A DNA stretch of 64,000 bases from Gordius albopunctatus (GCA_964276515.1 OZ193909.1:17608001-17672000); one strand, 5' to 3'; positions 1 through 20,083 are shown, counted from the first letter of the stretch. The notes: generated from the sequence alone by a model not told the origin. A program made the numbers and translations.

Positions 1-458
1 CCTCCCAAAATTTTGAACTAAGACATTAAAGGAATACCTTGTTTTGTCATATGCATTACTTTTCACTTTATAAGCTGGATTGGCAGGTGCATTCAAATTT
101 ACCATAATTTATATAATTGTGCAATATAAAATAAATACACGAACCAATATGGAAGGTAATTATTTGAAATATAAATTTGATCATAATGAACTTTTTTGTC
201 ATAAATTTAAATACGCGCACTTTATTTTAAAGTTTAAAACTGTATGTTCTTAATCCTATAATAATGCTACTTTTATTGTTGTTTTTACAATGTTTAATAT
301 GAACTAGTTATCAATTCTGTGAATTATAATATTATCATTAAAAGTCACTCGAACTTTGTTGATTATAACGCTATAGTAAACATGCAATAAACTCTATAAA
401 CTATGTTTGATGATGGTAATATCAATGGACTAAAACGTTTGCCTTAAATATGTCAAGG

Positions 459-592
459 TTAGTGTTTCGATCTCATCTCGGTCTCGAAAGCAAAATCTCG
501 TCTCGTCGAATGCGACTATGAAAATCTCGTCTCGTCTCGGTTTGGAAAAATCTCGGTCTCATCTCGACGAGATTTCTCGACATGTCTCGATT
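459..592. mobile_element. Terminus of the same TCTCG-repeat hAT-like family
   Basis: tagtgtttcgatctcatctcggtctcgaaagcaaaatctcgtctcg is nearly the reverse complement of 25520-25565. Confidence 0.7.
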
Positions 593-3324
593 GTAATTTA
601 TTTTATGGAATATAAGTTTTTTCCTTAATTTTTTCTTGAATTATAATATAAATAAAAAATTATAAATTGAATTGATGAACATTTTTTTAATTAAAATCTT
701 TTTTTAGCTTGTTATTTATTCCACTTTAACATATATTATTCATTATAGTTTATAAGCTTTTATAAACTTTATACCTTTAAATTAAATAAAATAATAACAT
801 GTACACAATGTTACTAAATTTGATAGCGTCATTTACAAAATCAAAAATAATAGTTTCTATAAAATGGGCAGATTTAGAAAAAATATCATTAAAATTGCAA
901 AGCTATCCTGCCTGCCACGAATGCAAAAATTTAATCAATAAAAGTCTCCTTAAATTTAGACACACTAAATTGTGCGTTAAAGTGATACAATCAATAGAAG
1001 TAGCAGTTTTACCAAAGTGTAAACATAAGAATTTTGAGTATTCAATAAATTGCATGTATACAATTTCATAGCACATACTTTTACACTCAAATATTAAACG
1101 GTTATATTATAGTGTGCGTTTACCATATTACATTATGTTCCAAAATATTTGCTTGTACCATTTTAAAATAATTTTGCCATTGTATATTAATTTACTTATA
1201 AAGTTTAGGCTTATATTTTATTGTTTTTCGAAATTGTAACATTTACAGGAACTCTAATAAATTGGAAATGCACCTGCCAACTTTACCATTATAAAATGAA
1301 AGGTAACGTAAATTTCATAAAAAATGCATGTTATTTATTGGCGTAGGGACCCCCTTGGACAGAAAAATTTGATTTTTTTTTCAAATTATACCGAAAAATT
1401 CAATGATATTAATAGGAGCCTTGTTAGTGTAGACATATAAAAAATAATTAATAATTTTAATTAATTTGATATTTAATTTTAGATGAAATCTCTACTAATT
1501 CTAACACTATTTATACAAAATTTTCTGTCCCGAATGCGTGTTTTCTAATAGGAAAAAGTTAAATCCTTAATATTTCTTTAAAAAACTATCTCAACTTCTA
1601 AAATAAACGAGGAAGATGCTAATACAAGCCAAATTTTAATAAAGGTAATTGATCATTTTATTTTTTTAAGTATTTAACATGGGTATTTACATTAGTTCCT
1701 TGTTTATAGAGATTGCGGATATACTACTAGACAAGAGGACAATAATAAAATACAATTAATTAATACTCAATTTAAATGATAATTTTATAAAGCGTTTAGA
1801 ACATTTCATTCATGCATGCTTCATTTTTAAACATACTTCAAAATCTAATTTCCTTAGAAATTGTGCGTGCTAATTCTACAGTGGATATTGATGAGAAAAT
1901 TCAACTAAAAATTAATATGCTTCATGGTTTAGTAAATTCATTTTTTAAGGTTTACATTTTAATGATCATGATTTAGCCAACTTTATTACAGCAAATACAG
2001 CTGGCACCGCTAATATATAAATAAATGATTTATTTAGTATTGACATAAAATGTTTAAACAGTCACAGAATATATTAGAATTTGTGTAGTCGGGGCCGATT
2101 TGCAAAGTATCAGAGGGGCGAACTCGGGCTTATAATTCCATTTTAACGGTCCAAAGGCAGGACAATTTTTGGTACTAGTGGGCAAATTATGCCTAAAAGA
2201 CCCAGTGTTTAGTTTAAACAATGGCCCTAATTAGCACAAACAGAAAAATTGTAAGGAGCTATTTGCAATTTGCGTTGCTGAAGATATTATTAATGCATTC
2301 TTTACCAAAAACACAATCATATATACTGAAAAATACGACCTTCGGGCGTAGCAGACCCCCGTTGGGAGCTTCGCCCCCAGTCTCTCTTTGATGGCTCCGC
2401 TCGCAAACCACCATCTCCCGGAGGCTTCCCCTCAGACCCTCATCTCCTAGGCCCGTTAAATTTGTGTTTAATAGTATTACCGAACAAATTTTTTTGAACC
2501 TCCCCCCCCCCTTGAGGCAATGCTGGCTACGCCTATGATGTTATTTGTAAGAGGCGTCCCATGATAAGTAAAATTATAAATCTTAACAGAATTATGATTG
2601 AATCTATTGTGTTATTTAAAGAGTGAAAAATGCTCTCAATATCAATCGGTAAGCAGGCACATAAATAGTTGGGGTGCCTTAAAAATCTTTAGCCATTTGA
2701 GCCAAATACACATATACTTTTTCTAGTTGATAATTTAACATAATCAGTCAAGATAATATACTTTTTGCAAAATTTCAAAATTATTTAAGAATTTTTAGCA
2801 TTTTTGCGGGTAAATTTGATTGGAGCTCTATAATTTGCTTAATTATTGTAAGTTATTACCCTTTTGTATATTTATAAAAAAAATCAATCTAACTGTCAAA
2901 CAAAATAATGCTTTAATTTCATATCAAGTTAGTTTTTTAAATTATCCTTTTTTAAAATACAGTTGGATTTATACCAACAAAATAATTTCTTCCAATTATC
3001 CTTATATTACAATAAAATGAATGCATATTTTTTGACCATTATAACATTTCTGTATCTATAGAAGGCTTGCATAGCTAAGGCTTTATTAAAATTCCTACTA
3101 CATAGTACATATGCAGGGCAATTACAAATTCCTTAATTCCATTGGTGAGAATTGAGAGGCCCATTTTTGAACCATTTCTTCGTAGGTGTGGCAAACATAT
3201 TAAATTCATCTTGTTTCCATATAAACTTTTGAAAGCATTATTGTTACTTTAAATCCTGAGCCCATCAGTCCAATTCATTTAGCTAATAGCTCTGGATCTT
3301 CAGGAAATCTAAAAATATATACAA

Positions 3325-3642
3325 CTAGATGAACCCGGAAAACTTTGTTTTGCTATTTACCCGGGTGTATTAAATTATGTTGGAATTTTAGGGCATATAT
3401 GATGATAAAGCGGTTATTGAAGTATAAAGTTTGATGTCTATATGTTCTACTTCTATTGTTCTATTTCCGTATACAGTGCAACGCGTACGAATACTAGAAA
3501 ACTACTTGACCGATTTGCATAAAACATGCTCCGGAGTGTCAGGAATAAACTGTGAAAATTTGAGCCAAATCGGTCTGGTAGTTTTCCAAAATTGGTGGCG
3601 GCATATATACACACACACATAGTTTCATTTTTATATATAAGA
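3325..3642 (-). mobile_element. Internally deleted Helitron family A copy
   Basis: Same termini (ctagatgaacccgg... and ...tttcatttttatatataaga) as the 11.4 and 23.3 kb copies; centre replaced by a ~55-bp segment also present at ~19218-19272. Confidence 0.8.
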
Positions 3643-4261
3643 TTTTAAAAACCAATGTAAAAAGAAATCATTTGCAATTTTTATTGTTGAAGTAAGACTT
3701 GCAGTTCTATCAAGGCCTCAAACTTTAGCTAAACATTGGAATGTTATTACAGTCACAAATATTTATCTTACGAATAAAATAGAATTTAACCCAAATAAAT
3801 CTGTATTAATCTTTGAAAACTCCCAAATTTATTAATATGTAGTTTTAATAATTTAAATAAGGATATAATCAAAGATTTAATAATTATCTTATTTCTGCTG
3901 CATAGTTTATGCAACATATTTTACATTATTTATTTTCTCAAATATTATATAGTGGATAAGTATAAATATACGTTGAGTTTTTCCTTAAAGATCGCAGCTA
4001 TAAATGTGTGGAAATTTTTTAATAAGAAAAGAAGCTGTTCGTCAGTCTATAGTTTTATTAGTCTATGTATCTATGTATGCCTTTATTCCTTACTTTTTAA
4101 ATGTTACTAATTGCACATATTTGACAAAATAATTTCCTAGCTTATTATTTCTTCTAGTCAGGCTCATGAAAATTTTATACGTATAGTTATAATATTTTTT
4201 ACTTTTATTTCTATACCTAGAAATCCTTATCAATATATAATAACCAGAATCATATTTTAAG

Positions 4262-9800
<5,539 letters not shown>

Positions 9801-11414
9801 GCGAATAGCCCCTCAATCTCAATCATCTCCTCTTTTACCTATCGCTTTTCCATTATTGATTATTAGTTGTTTTATTGATTGAATGTTGTTTTCCCATTAA
9901 CACGAACGTGTTTCGTGTTATTATGCAACGGATGCGCAAATCGATTACCATGTACTATTCGCGGTTCTGCATTGTCTATAGATGTGATCACTTAAATGAT
10001 TCGACTTAATTATTTTTTGGGTGAAAGAACAAAAATTAGATTGACTCATTTTTATTATTGTTCCTATTTGAAATGTCGATACCTTTTTTGTTGTTTTGTT
10101 TTCAATGATCGATTATTATTTTTGAACATTTGTTCAACACAAAAACATCATTTTTAATGTAATGAAATTTACTCTATTCTGAGCCGATTTCACTTCTAAG
10201 CATAAACGCTTTGATAAATTCACTACAATTTTATTATATTTTAAAAGCTTTTAGTCTCTACTCTAACGTGAAAAGAAGTATCTTTCCTATTTTAATTCAC
10301 AAAAAGTCTTTTGCGATATATAATTCTTCCCCCTAAAATAAAAGTTTATTACTTAAAGTTTAAATTTATGATTAAATTTCAAAAAACTATAACGTTGCAG
10401 TTGATAAATATGCTGACCAAAAAATTATAATAAAATGACATTTATAAACAATTTACGACTAAATACTTTATTTATAAAAACAAAATAGGGGTACGTCACC
10501 TTTACTAAGCCTTAAGGGTAACTAGGATCCAAAGATTGATTAAATTTACTAGAATGTGATCAAACTAGCTTTTATTGTAAGCTAATCGAGATTCTTGTTT
10601 AAAGATATTACTTCGATTCCACCGCGGCTGTGGCGTTCATGCCAAGATTATAATTGGAATAATATAGTGGAATCTACACATATTTTGCTAATTTTGAATA
10701 GCGTTTTGTAAAACACCCATGAAACTGGTTAGTATACGTCTTAATAAAAACATGGTGGTAGAGTTAATATAGCCGAAGGTTTAAACTTACTGGCTATGTG
10801 CAATCAATAAATCTTACTTTCCGTCATATCGGTTAACTATATTTTTAAAGAATTCTAATTGGTCATGTAAACCACCTATTAATCATTATGGATCTGATTC
10901 GATTTATTATTGTATTCAAAATAATTCATAGTTATTAAACCAATACTCGGCTGCCAACTTTGTATTTAATCATTAAAAGCCCCAATCTCTATTGTTACTA
11001 AATCTTTCTTGTGTTCACAATGTATGCCTTCAGACCAGTCGCTAAATGAAGTTGGTCACAATTTAGGTTGCCATGTCTAACGCTTTAAGTTTTGACCATA
11101 GCCTATGAACAAACGCATACCTAATCTAACCTTAATCATAGATGAGTGGGAACGGCACTTACAATTTATTAACACCTGAAGAATATATAATTTATAAAGT
11201 ATGATACTTATTTAAAATTGAACCGTTAAATTGTAATTGACAAAAATCTTTCAGCCTTGGCTCTAGGAAACTACTTAAAAAGAATAGAACTTTTTAGGGA
11301 GTTCTATAATGTAATGCTAATGGTATGCATATTTTGCCATTAATAATGTTTATGATTTTTATTAAAATTATCATGGGTTCTTATAACAGTATTATTCAAT
11401 GTTTCAAGGTAAAA

Positions 11415-12379
11415 TCTTATATATAAAAATGAAACTATCTATATATGTATGTATGCCGCCGCCAATTTTGGAGAACTACCGGACCGATTTGGCTCAAAAT
11501 TTCATAGTTTATTCCTCACACTCCGGAGCATGTTTTAAGATATGTTCGAGCCAAATCGGTCCAGTAGTTTTCGAAATATTTTGTTCTATACGTTTTGACG
11601 TTAAAATGTCAATCAAACGCAACCTCATCGTGTTCTTTGAAAATTTGAATATATACAGTTCTTAAGTAAAAGTGTATCACTTATAGTATTTTCTAAAACG
11701 TCATCTTTTTTTAACGGTGACAACATAAAATTTATCAATTAAACTTGAAATAAATAAAATTTCTTTCTAATTGGATTTTTTCATTCTTGGATTAGGCATG
11801 TGCTGCGGAAAATGGAAACTTTTTACGATTTGGGAACATTAAATCAAAGCATGTGCGTACGCAGGTTTTGAATTAGGGGGGGATCAGATTAAAAAAAAAC
11901 ATTTTCTCGACTATCCAAAAATTTTCATGAGATTATAGGACGGTCGTGTCTCCTTTTGTGTGGCTAAATAAATTAAAAAATCTAATTTTGTCATTTTTTG
12001 CGCGTTAAATAAGGAGAAAAATGAAAATACTTTTAACAAAGTGCCAATAAATGTTGATATATCTCATTTATTCGGACATTATTAAGTTCAGAAACAAATA
12101 ATTATAATTATGATATTGTTTCTTAATTACAAAAATATAAAAAAATTGCTTGAAGGGCCAGGGGGCCAAAGATGTTTCCCTTTGGGGGGGGGGGCATGGG
12201 GCCAGGTTTTATCTCTTGGGTAGGCCTGGACCTTGGACACTCTTTAACTATTTGCTTAAAAATTATCAAACTTTATTTTTACTTCAATAACCGCTTCATC
12301 ATCATATATGCCCTAAAATTCCAACAAAATTTAATACACCCGGGGAAATAGCAAAACGACGTTTGCCGGGTTCATCTAG
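11415..12379 (+). mobile_element. Non-autonomous Helitron, family A, full-length copy
   Basis: Sits between A and T; 5' TCTTATATATAAAA; short (TATG)n near the 5' end; subterminal hairpin gcaaa-acgacg-tttgc; 3' CTAG; near-identical inverted copy at 23270-25026. Confidence 0.85.
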
Positions 12380-12728
12380 TTAAACTATAAAGTTAACAAT
12401 GAATGTAATTATAACGACGGATGTTTATTTAGAGTCTTAAATACTGATTAATATTTTTTTCCATTACATCGCATCTGGTCCATTTAAAATTAATAATGTT
12501 TCCAGGGTTGTTTTAAAAATCTCTAGATTACATGTTTTGCTTAAAGAAGTTGGTAAATTATATTAATTTCGGTGGCGATTCCAAATGTCGCATGGAAACA
12601 ACTTAGTTGATACTTTCGCACAATAATAATCATCTACTTTTTATCATTTGCAGGGAAGTTTAAAATCTTTTTAATGATAAAGCTCAGTTTTTGAGTCATT
12701 AACAGTCTTATATTTTGTTAATTTTTAG

Positions 12729-15700
12729 AATGTGCCTTCGCAGCCAATCAACTCAAACGAGTCGATACCTAAACATGAACTAGGACTATTACAAAGTATA
12801 TAAAATTAAAGTCACCATATGTATGTATGTATGTTGTGATTGCAGACACTTCTTTTGCCTACATTGTAAGGCGTGACAAAACCGTAAATTACGATTTATA
12901 CAAGGACGGTGATTGCTTTAAATTGGAGGAAATGTCATTTGATCTTTACGCACATGATGTTCTTTTGCTTAACTATACTACGATGCATTTATACAAAAAC
13001 AGTGAACTCGTTCCTTCGAACATTGAAGTTGAATTAAGCAACGGTAGCGAAAAAAATGTGATTAATTCTACTTTTTCGCTACATAATAAATCGTGTCACT
13101 TTTATGGATTCTTACAGGGATGCCCTTCTTGCATGATCAGCCTAAGTTTATATGATGACGACATAGTTACATACTATATTTTATAAATAACAGTCTCATT
13201 ATTGATTTCTTGTAATTTATTTATATGTTATTTAATATATAATCATCTCTACATCATAGGTAGGCCTGTTTATGTTAAGTAATGGGAGACGATTTTTTCA
13301 AAAATATAAAGAAGATACCTTAGAAAGAACGACAATAAAGGAATGCCTGAAAAATAAGGAAGTTAGGGGAGAGTTAACATTTGTAAAATTGCTGACTTAC
13401 GATACAGTGAATGAGTTTGCTACTATATACAAAAGTATGTGTGTTAATTAATAAAGAATCTTTTATGCAAGCTATATCTTTGTAATAATAATCACAATTA
13501 TTTTTATACGTGTTAGATGATTCTAATAAAATTGATCCTTATGTATTTTTAAAACGGTCGAAAACACAACGACCGAAGAGGGATAAGGATATGAGCAATT
13601 ATCGCATTGAAGTTGCTATTTATATGGATGTGTACAGTTACAAAAGTACCCGAATGGCGGGCAACGAAAATCTGGCCGTCAAATATATACTCATAACCAT
13701 GAATATGGTGAATTTGCTATACAGACACAACTCATTATATGATTCCATCGGGATATATATTATCAAAATAGTTTTAATGACGGAACAACCGGACATTATG
13801 AAAACCGACGGGGCCTGGCAAGATTACTTATCCAAATTTTGTAAATATCAAGCCTCCCTATACTCTTCTGATGCTGCGAAATGGGATGTGGCTCTACTTT
13901 ATACGGGGTTTATATCGTTTTATTAGACCATATTAAGAATCTACTAGACATTAAATAATTTAAATATAGCATTGATATATGGGATCAGGATAGCACTAAT
14001 GTAGTTGGTGGAGCTCAAACTGGTACGATGTGTCATGCGTCCTTAGCTTGCGCGATAGCTGAGGGAGGTTATCACAAAGGTTACGGCATATACATTTCCA
14101 TAGCTCATGAACTTGGCCACAAGTTTGAAATTATTGAATCATTCATTCTTAGATGTATAGTCCTACAATTTTTTAACGTGTTAAAATTATTAATCATTTT
14201 AAAGTGAGTGCTGTTAAAGGTTAATTAATAAAATTAATTCCAAAAAGCTTAGGGCTCAATCACGATGAGTCATATGGACGACATGACTGCTCAAACAAAA
14301 ATTATATCATGAGGGCGATGTCTGGTCAAACACTAGATTATTGGTCGACATGTAGTGCAGAGCATCTGACCAAACAATTGTCGCTCTACGATTGTCTCAC
14401 TCACACACGTGCTTTAAAAAAATATTATGACGTCTTTTCCATGCCATCCGGTGGATTAACTTTATCACTCGATGAGCAATGCAAAGCTACCAAGGGGTTG
14501 ACGGCATATTATGCAGCGACATCTATAAAATCTCAAAACACCCAGTCCAGCATATGTCAAAGTTTGTCGTGCGCTAGGCTAGACCACAATTACGGATTGG
14601 TGTATTATGTCAGTTCTAATCAGGCGTTAGATATGAGTTATTGTGGCAGTGGTACATGGTGTAAGAATAGTCAATGTGTTCCTATCGTTCACACTCCAGC
14701 AACGGAAGGAAAAAATGAGCCGGTCAACGGAGCTTGGGCACCCTGGATGCCCTATGAATCATGTGGATTGATAGATTGTGTTGAAGGAGTTGTGCCTTTG
14801 GAATATTGGGTTAGGACCTGTTCAGACCCATACCCAATGTTTGGAGGCGAATCTTGTACCAATGGCTGGGCAAAGGATGTTCCGGTAATGATGGCAGCTA
14901 ATAGGTGTCGCAAGCCCAAGGTACATAACCTCATTATGCATCGTAAATTAAAAATTAAGAAAAGTGTATTTTAAGATCGCCGTTTTAAAATTTTACGGTT
15001 AAGATTTTGAAAGATTTTGATCTGGGAGTCGTTGAAAATTAATTGAAATTTATTAAATTGTAAGCCTTATTAAGTTTGACTATGGATTTTTTGCTAAAAT
15101 ATTATTTTAAAATCTTTTCCTTTATCATAGTAAAACGGGTAATTTGTAAAAGTTACCTCGTTTAATTTTTTGATATACATTTAAAAATAATATTTTTTAT
15201 GATTGAGGTCAAATGTTAGTTGATAAATTTGAAAGATTCCATAAATTTCAGTAATTTTATAAAATAACGATGTACCATTTTGAATTATGTCTATTATGTT
15301 CTTATATTTCATTAATTAAATGTTGTATTGTGCCTAAATCTCATATTTTACAAATAAAATTTAAGTAGAAATGTCGTAAGACAATATCAGTGACCGATTA
15401 TTACCCTGACTTTTGCAAACGTCAAGCCGACTATCAGCCCGATTTAACCGGAGCGCGAAAGATAAATCTCGATTCTTGCTCGTATGAATGCCTTAAGAAA
15501 CCAGGATCCGACGCATGGGTAACTTTGGGATTACCTAATGGCCTTCCTTGTAATGATGAAGCAACTAAATTTTGTTTGTGGGGCCATTGCCAAAAGATAC
15601 CAACCTCGGTTTCGAGCAACGTCACACCACGCGTAGGAAAAATGAGCGATTTAGTAGAGAGAGGTGTTACACAGGTTGTAAAAAGCCTCATCGTATATCC

Positions 15701-16136
15701 CCCTACTCCCCCTTACGATGAAAAGGGTAAATACATAGGGCCGGGAAGGAAAAATAAGCGTCCTTCAACGAAAAGCACCATACGAACCTATAGCTACGAC
15801 GATTATCAAGATTATTATGAAAATTATCATGAACCCCCCTCTATTAACGACTCTGATGATCACAACAATAACACTTTTAACAGGAGCGCCAGTGATAAGA
15901 TTCATAGAACGGGTAAGAAAAGAAAGAAAAAGAAATGGTTTGACACCAAAATATCCCTCATGAAAGACAAATTTAATGACAGCTTAAAAAATTTATACAT
16001 GCTATTGGCCATTATTCTCACCTCAAGTCTAAGCGCCATCATACTTGGTCACATACTTTATAGAAAACGTGAGCTGGAAAATTCTGCTTACTATCAAAAT
16101 TTGGATCAAGAGCCTTATAACGACAATTACCAATAG
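12729..16136 (+). CDS. ADAMTS-like M12B zinc metalloprotease with TSP1 repeat and C-terminal transmembrane helix (paralogue 1); start codon unresolved, upstream of 12729
   Basis: Exons 12729-12796, 12846-13165, 13260-13434, 13517-13907, 13970-14122, 14248-14920, 15369-16136. Prodomain GCPSC, furin-type RPKR, zinc motif HELGHNLGLNHD (split by an intron), Met-turn NYIM, disintegrin-like LDEQC...CGSGTWCKNSQC, TSP1 VNGAWAPW..RTCSDPYPMFGGESC, Cys-rich NGLPC..CLWGHC, hydrophobic LYMLLAIILTSSLSAIILGHILY followed by RKR. Confidence 0.88.
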
Positions 16137-18470
16137 TTCTTACAAAGATCATACAAATTTATTTATCATCATTTTAGATGTAAGACTAAGAATGTTTAAT
16201 TTACGTTTGCAAATGATTGTTGTAAAATGAAATAGAATCAATGTCAATAAATTGACGCTAGTGGTATAATTTGATATCGCGTGCCTTAAAGTTTGTTTTA
16301 ACGCAAAAAATTACATCGCAAGACTACTAATTGTTTTATAAAATTTCCTAAAATAACATCAGCCAGGAGGAATAGGGATAGTCCAAACTGCCTTATCTTA
16401 TTTTAAGATAGGATGTCATATACAAGTATTCGCTAATTATTATTAATGTAAAGAAGCTAATTGTTAGTAAAGATATTTTTTAATAAATGATTATTTTCAT
16501 TTTTTGTATAAATATTTATAATGTAATCACTTGTCGATAATACATTAAACAGTTAGTGCAGCCATTTTTAACGAATATTATTTAATAAATTAAGAATAAA
16601 ATAAGCAACAGACGAGAGAAAGAGGGGTAATGCAGCGTATTTCCAAAACTGCCGCGTAATAAGAACAGTGGATGTCTAAAAGAATCTATCCAAATTTTGA
16701 ACCAAACAATTTAAGCAGGACAAAATAGAACTTTGTGATCTGCTTATTATAACTTATGCACGCAGATCTTACTAAGCTGACGTATTAATCAAAATACAAC
16801 TCATATTCCCTTTAAAATCCTAACACGGGTTTCCAGTCTTGAAACAAACATGCGTTTGTTAGAGAAAATTATTATTAAGGACTTAGGGATCGAAACCTTA
16901 CTGACAAAAAAATTATCGGATTCAAAATAGTTAGGCGCACTATTGCAAAGTGGGGATGAAAGTGTTTTTATAACGCACACACCCTAATACAACTTATTGG
17001 AAGCCCTAACCCGGCTTCAAAGTTATGCCCAACTCGACGCCGCCGCTTACCCAGTCCACCCGAAGAATCTATTTTATTATATAATGCCGGCGGCTTCCAA
17101 ATTACTTAAATGTAATGACCAAATTAAAACACATAATGGTATAAAACTAAGCTCACTTTGATCATTAAATTCAAAAAATAATGGGTCATTTATAATATGG
17201 TGCTTTATTAGAATCTCAAGACACATAGTTAAAAGAACCTTTGAGTATTCATATAAGTTTGACTTCGGACTTAAAAGAACCTACGAGTATTCTTATAAGT
17301 TTGAGTTCGACTCAACATTTAAATTCTTACGGAAAAGGTTAGAAATTGGATTATGGTTTGTGTCATATCCATGAGAAAATATTAAAAAGGGAACCAGCCC
17401 TTATAAGGCATGAGCACGTGATAAGATGAAAAATAAACGAAGGGAAAGGGAAGGTTACCGAAATTTGGGTTGGTAGTTAAATAGTACAAGTATACAGCTA
17501 TAAATTAAGACTTGGCCTGAAAGAAGTAGCAGAAGGAAGCAAGGGTACGACATAACCTGGTAATAAATATTGAATTGGCATAAGAAAGGTAGGGGAAACC
17601 TAGAACTGTCAGCTGAGGATTCCAAAGGACGTGGAAAAGCCTTGGAAGTGAAGGGCCATTCATCACGAAATTGGCGCGGTAAAATGGGTCAAAAAGAAAA
17701 GAAGTTTCAAGGATAAAGGCACAGGCCAAGAAAAGAAACCTATATAAGTCCCAGCAAAATCGATACTAGAAGAGAGAAACAGAGAAATAGGATTTTATCC
17801 CGTAGAATGAAAATTTCTCCACTGTAAACCCAATCCCCCCCCCCTGTAATCGCTAGAAATTATATTCCCGCGCTATTATTGTGGTGTTAACACTTATTGC
17901 CGAATACTTCAATTATATCCCGTGTCCGGAGTTGTATTATAATTTTTGGAGTGAATAAACTAGTATTGGAGTATCATAGATTTGGTGAATAATCTTACAA
18001 ATAAATAATCCCCAGCAAAGAACAATACATATTCCCCTTTGGGTGAAGGATGTAAAAGTTTGGTAATTATATTGTGCCCTGATAGGGAATATTTGTGTCC
18101 AGGTCGAACGGGCTGGATGGGCATGTACACAAAACTGACAATATATTTGAAGAATTTCCTTTTAATTTTAAATTCAAAATTAGGTTTTATCATAAAATCC
18201 CTCCTTCTATAAAAATCATATTATTTTATCAAAAATGCAGACTGTTTTGGCTCATCAAGTGCTTCCATACACACATAGATTTTAGATGTGTAGTAAAAAA
18301 ATATTAAAGCTCTAGAATCTATTTAAGAATTAATAGACGCCACAAGTTTTTCTACCAACAATTCGCTCATCTGACCCATTATCCATACTCCTCTATCTCA
18401 TCTTATTAAATTGTGAACGTTTTTGTTTTAAATTGTTCGGTTATAGGGTACCTTGTATATATTTTTATAA

Positions 18471-19836
18471 CTAGCTGTGCCCGGCCAAGCGTTGCTTTGG
18501 CTTAGTACTTATTTGGCTAAATAATTGGTACCTAGCAATAGGAAATATATGAAAGAATTTAGGTCAGCTGAAAGAGAGTTTGTGATGTGAAAAAATATAT
18601 TTATATATTATGCAAATAAATATTAACTTAATAGAAAAAGGCATATTTATTATTAATTAAATAGATTTATAACAATTTTAAATACTTATTAGGTAGAGAT
18701 GTTTAGCGATAACATGCACAGTTGAGTGACAAAAGTGTTTTTTTAATTGAAGGATGGATAATTATTAAAAATATGCTTCTATGATCGACCACGTGATAAT
18801 AATGGCAAAAATTGCATAATTTAAATTTTATTTATTTAATTTAAATAGTTTGTTAAACTCCAATAATTTTGACCGTATACTGTAACATTTTTATTATACT
18901 TTTAAATATCTAATTCGAGAAAATTTCAGCCTTGTATGTATGACGGCATTATTGTATATGATGTTATAAATGAAACTGGCCGGGAAATGTCCGATATTTT
19001 TAAAACAAAAAGGAATTTTAGGAATCTGAAAATCTATTTTACCCCTGGCCACCGTGGGAACTTGCGCGAATCGGGCCAGTAGTTTCAGAATTTAGCCCTT
19101 ACATACATACATACGCTTTACTTTATATATATAGATTTTTCATTACATTTAAATTATTTATATACTTTCATCTTTCCCATTTAAAATATCTCATTTAATG
19201 ATAATGAGAAAAATTCTATATGTTCTACTTCTATTGTTCTATTTCCGTATATAGTGCAGTGGGTACGAATACAAAATAACGCAATAATAAATCAAATTTG
19301 TTAAAATATAAAAAAATAATTATATTAATTTTAAATGTAAATCTTTTATAAATTTTTTTTATCCTTCTAAAGAATGACATTTGCATTTTTCATAAGACAA
19401 TTATAATTTCATGCCAGAGTGTAAGTGATAAAATTTGCAACTAATCTGTAGTAAAAAAATAATAATATATAAATAATGACATTTATATATAAATAGCATT
19501 TACTCAGAATAATCAACGTTGGATTATTTTTCATTACATTTAAATTATATATACTTTCATCTTTCTCATTTAAAATATCTCATTTAATGATAATGAGAAA
19601 AATTCATCTTCTTCACCTATATATTTTCTCAAATAATTTTATTTATTTCAGTTTTAATTGATAAACCAATATCTCGAAAACTAAAGAAATTTTAGGAATC
19701 TGAAAAGGCTATTTTACCCCTGGCCACCCTGGGAACCTACGGGTAAAGTTTCGCGCGAATCGGGCCGGTAGTTTCAGAATTTAGCCCTTACATACATACA
19801 TATATACATACATACACTTTACTTTATATATATAGA
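18471..19836 (-). mobile_element. Non-autonomous Helitron family B, tandem or nested copies
   Basis: 3' end ctagctgtgcccggccaagcgttgctttggc (hairpin + CTAG; same end on + strand at ~63655-63687); two 5' ends (TACA)n...tttatatatataga at 19135 and 19836; duplicated blocks 19014-19135/19689-19836 and 19135-19217/19526-19606. Confidence 0.75.
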
Positions 19837-20083
19837 TAAAAGGAAATTGGCAAAAAATCATGGTCGGACGTGAAACTTTTGAAAAACCTTTCGGTGATTA
19901 TAAATTGATTTTTTTTATTTGACGGATTTCCTTATATAAGTTTTATGCGTTTTTCTAATATGGTCATGTTTCCTTGATGTTTAAATAATAAACATTTTAT
20001 GGGGAGATTATTAATCTTAATGACGATGTGGCCAGACACGACGCCCTCTTAAATTACGGTCACCTTACCTGAATTGAGAAAGT

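Noticed and set aside
799..1071. 90-aa ORF with CHEC
   Set aside because: No recognisable domain; lies in AT-rich transposon debris.
2630..2654. ATG CTC TCA ATA TCA ATC G|gtaagc as DLD exon 1
   Set aside because: Good donor, but phase 1 does not join the phase-2 exon at 4262 without an unseen exon; left unresolved.
17229..17312. Two ~42-bp direct repeats, superficially CRISPR-like
   Set aside because: Adjacent copies without unique spacers, no cas genes, eukaryotic context; a simple tandem duplication.
17359..18030. Possible solo LTR (TG start, TATATAA at ~17741, AATAAA, CA end)
   Set aside because: No TSD, second LTR, PBS or PPT found; cannot be supported without a repeat search.
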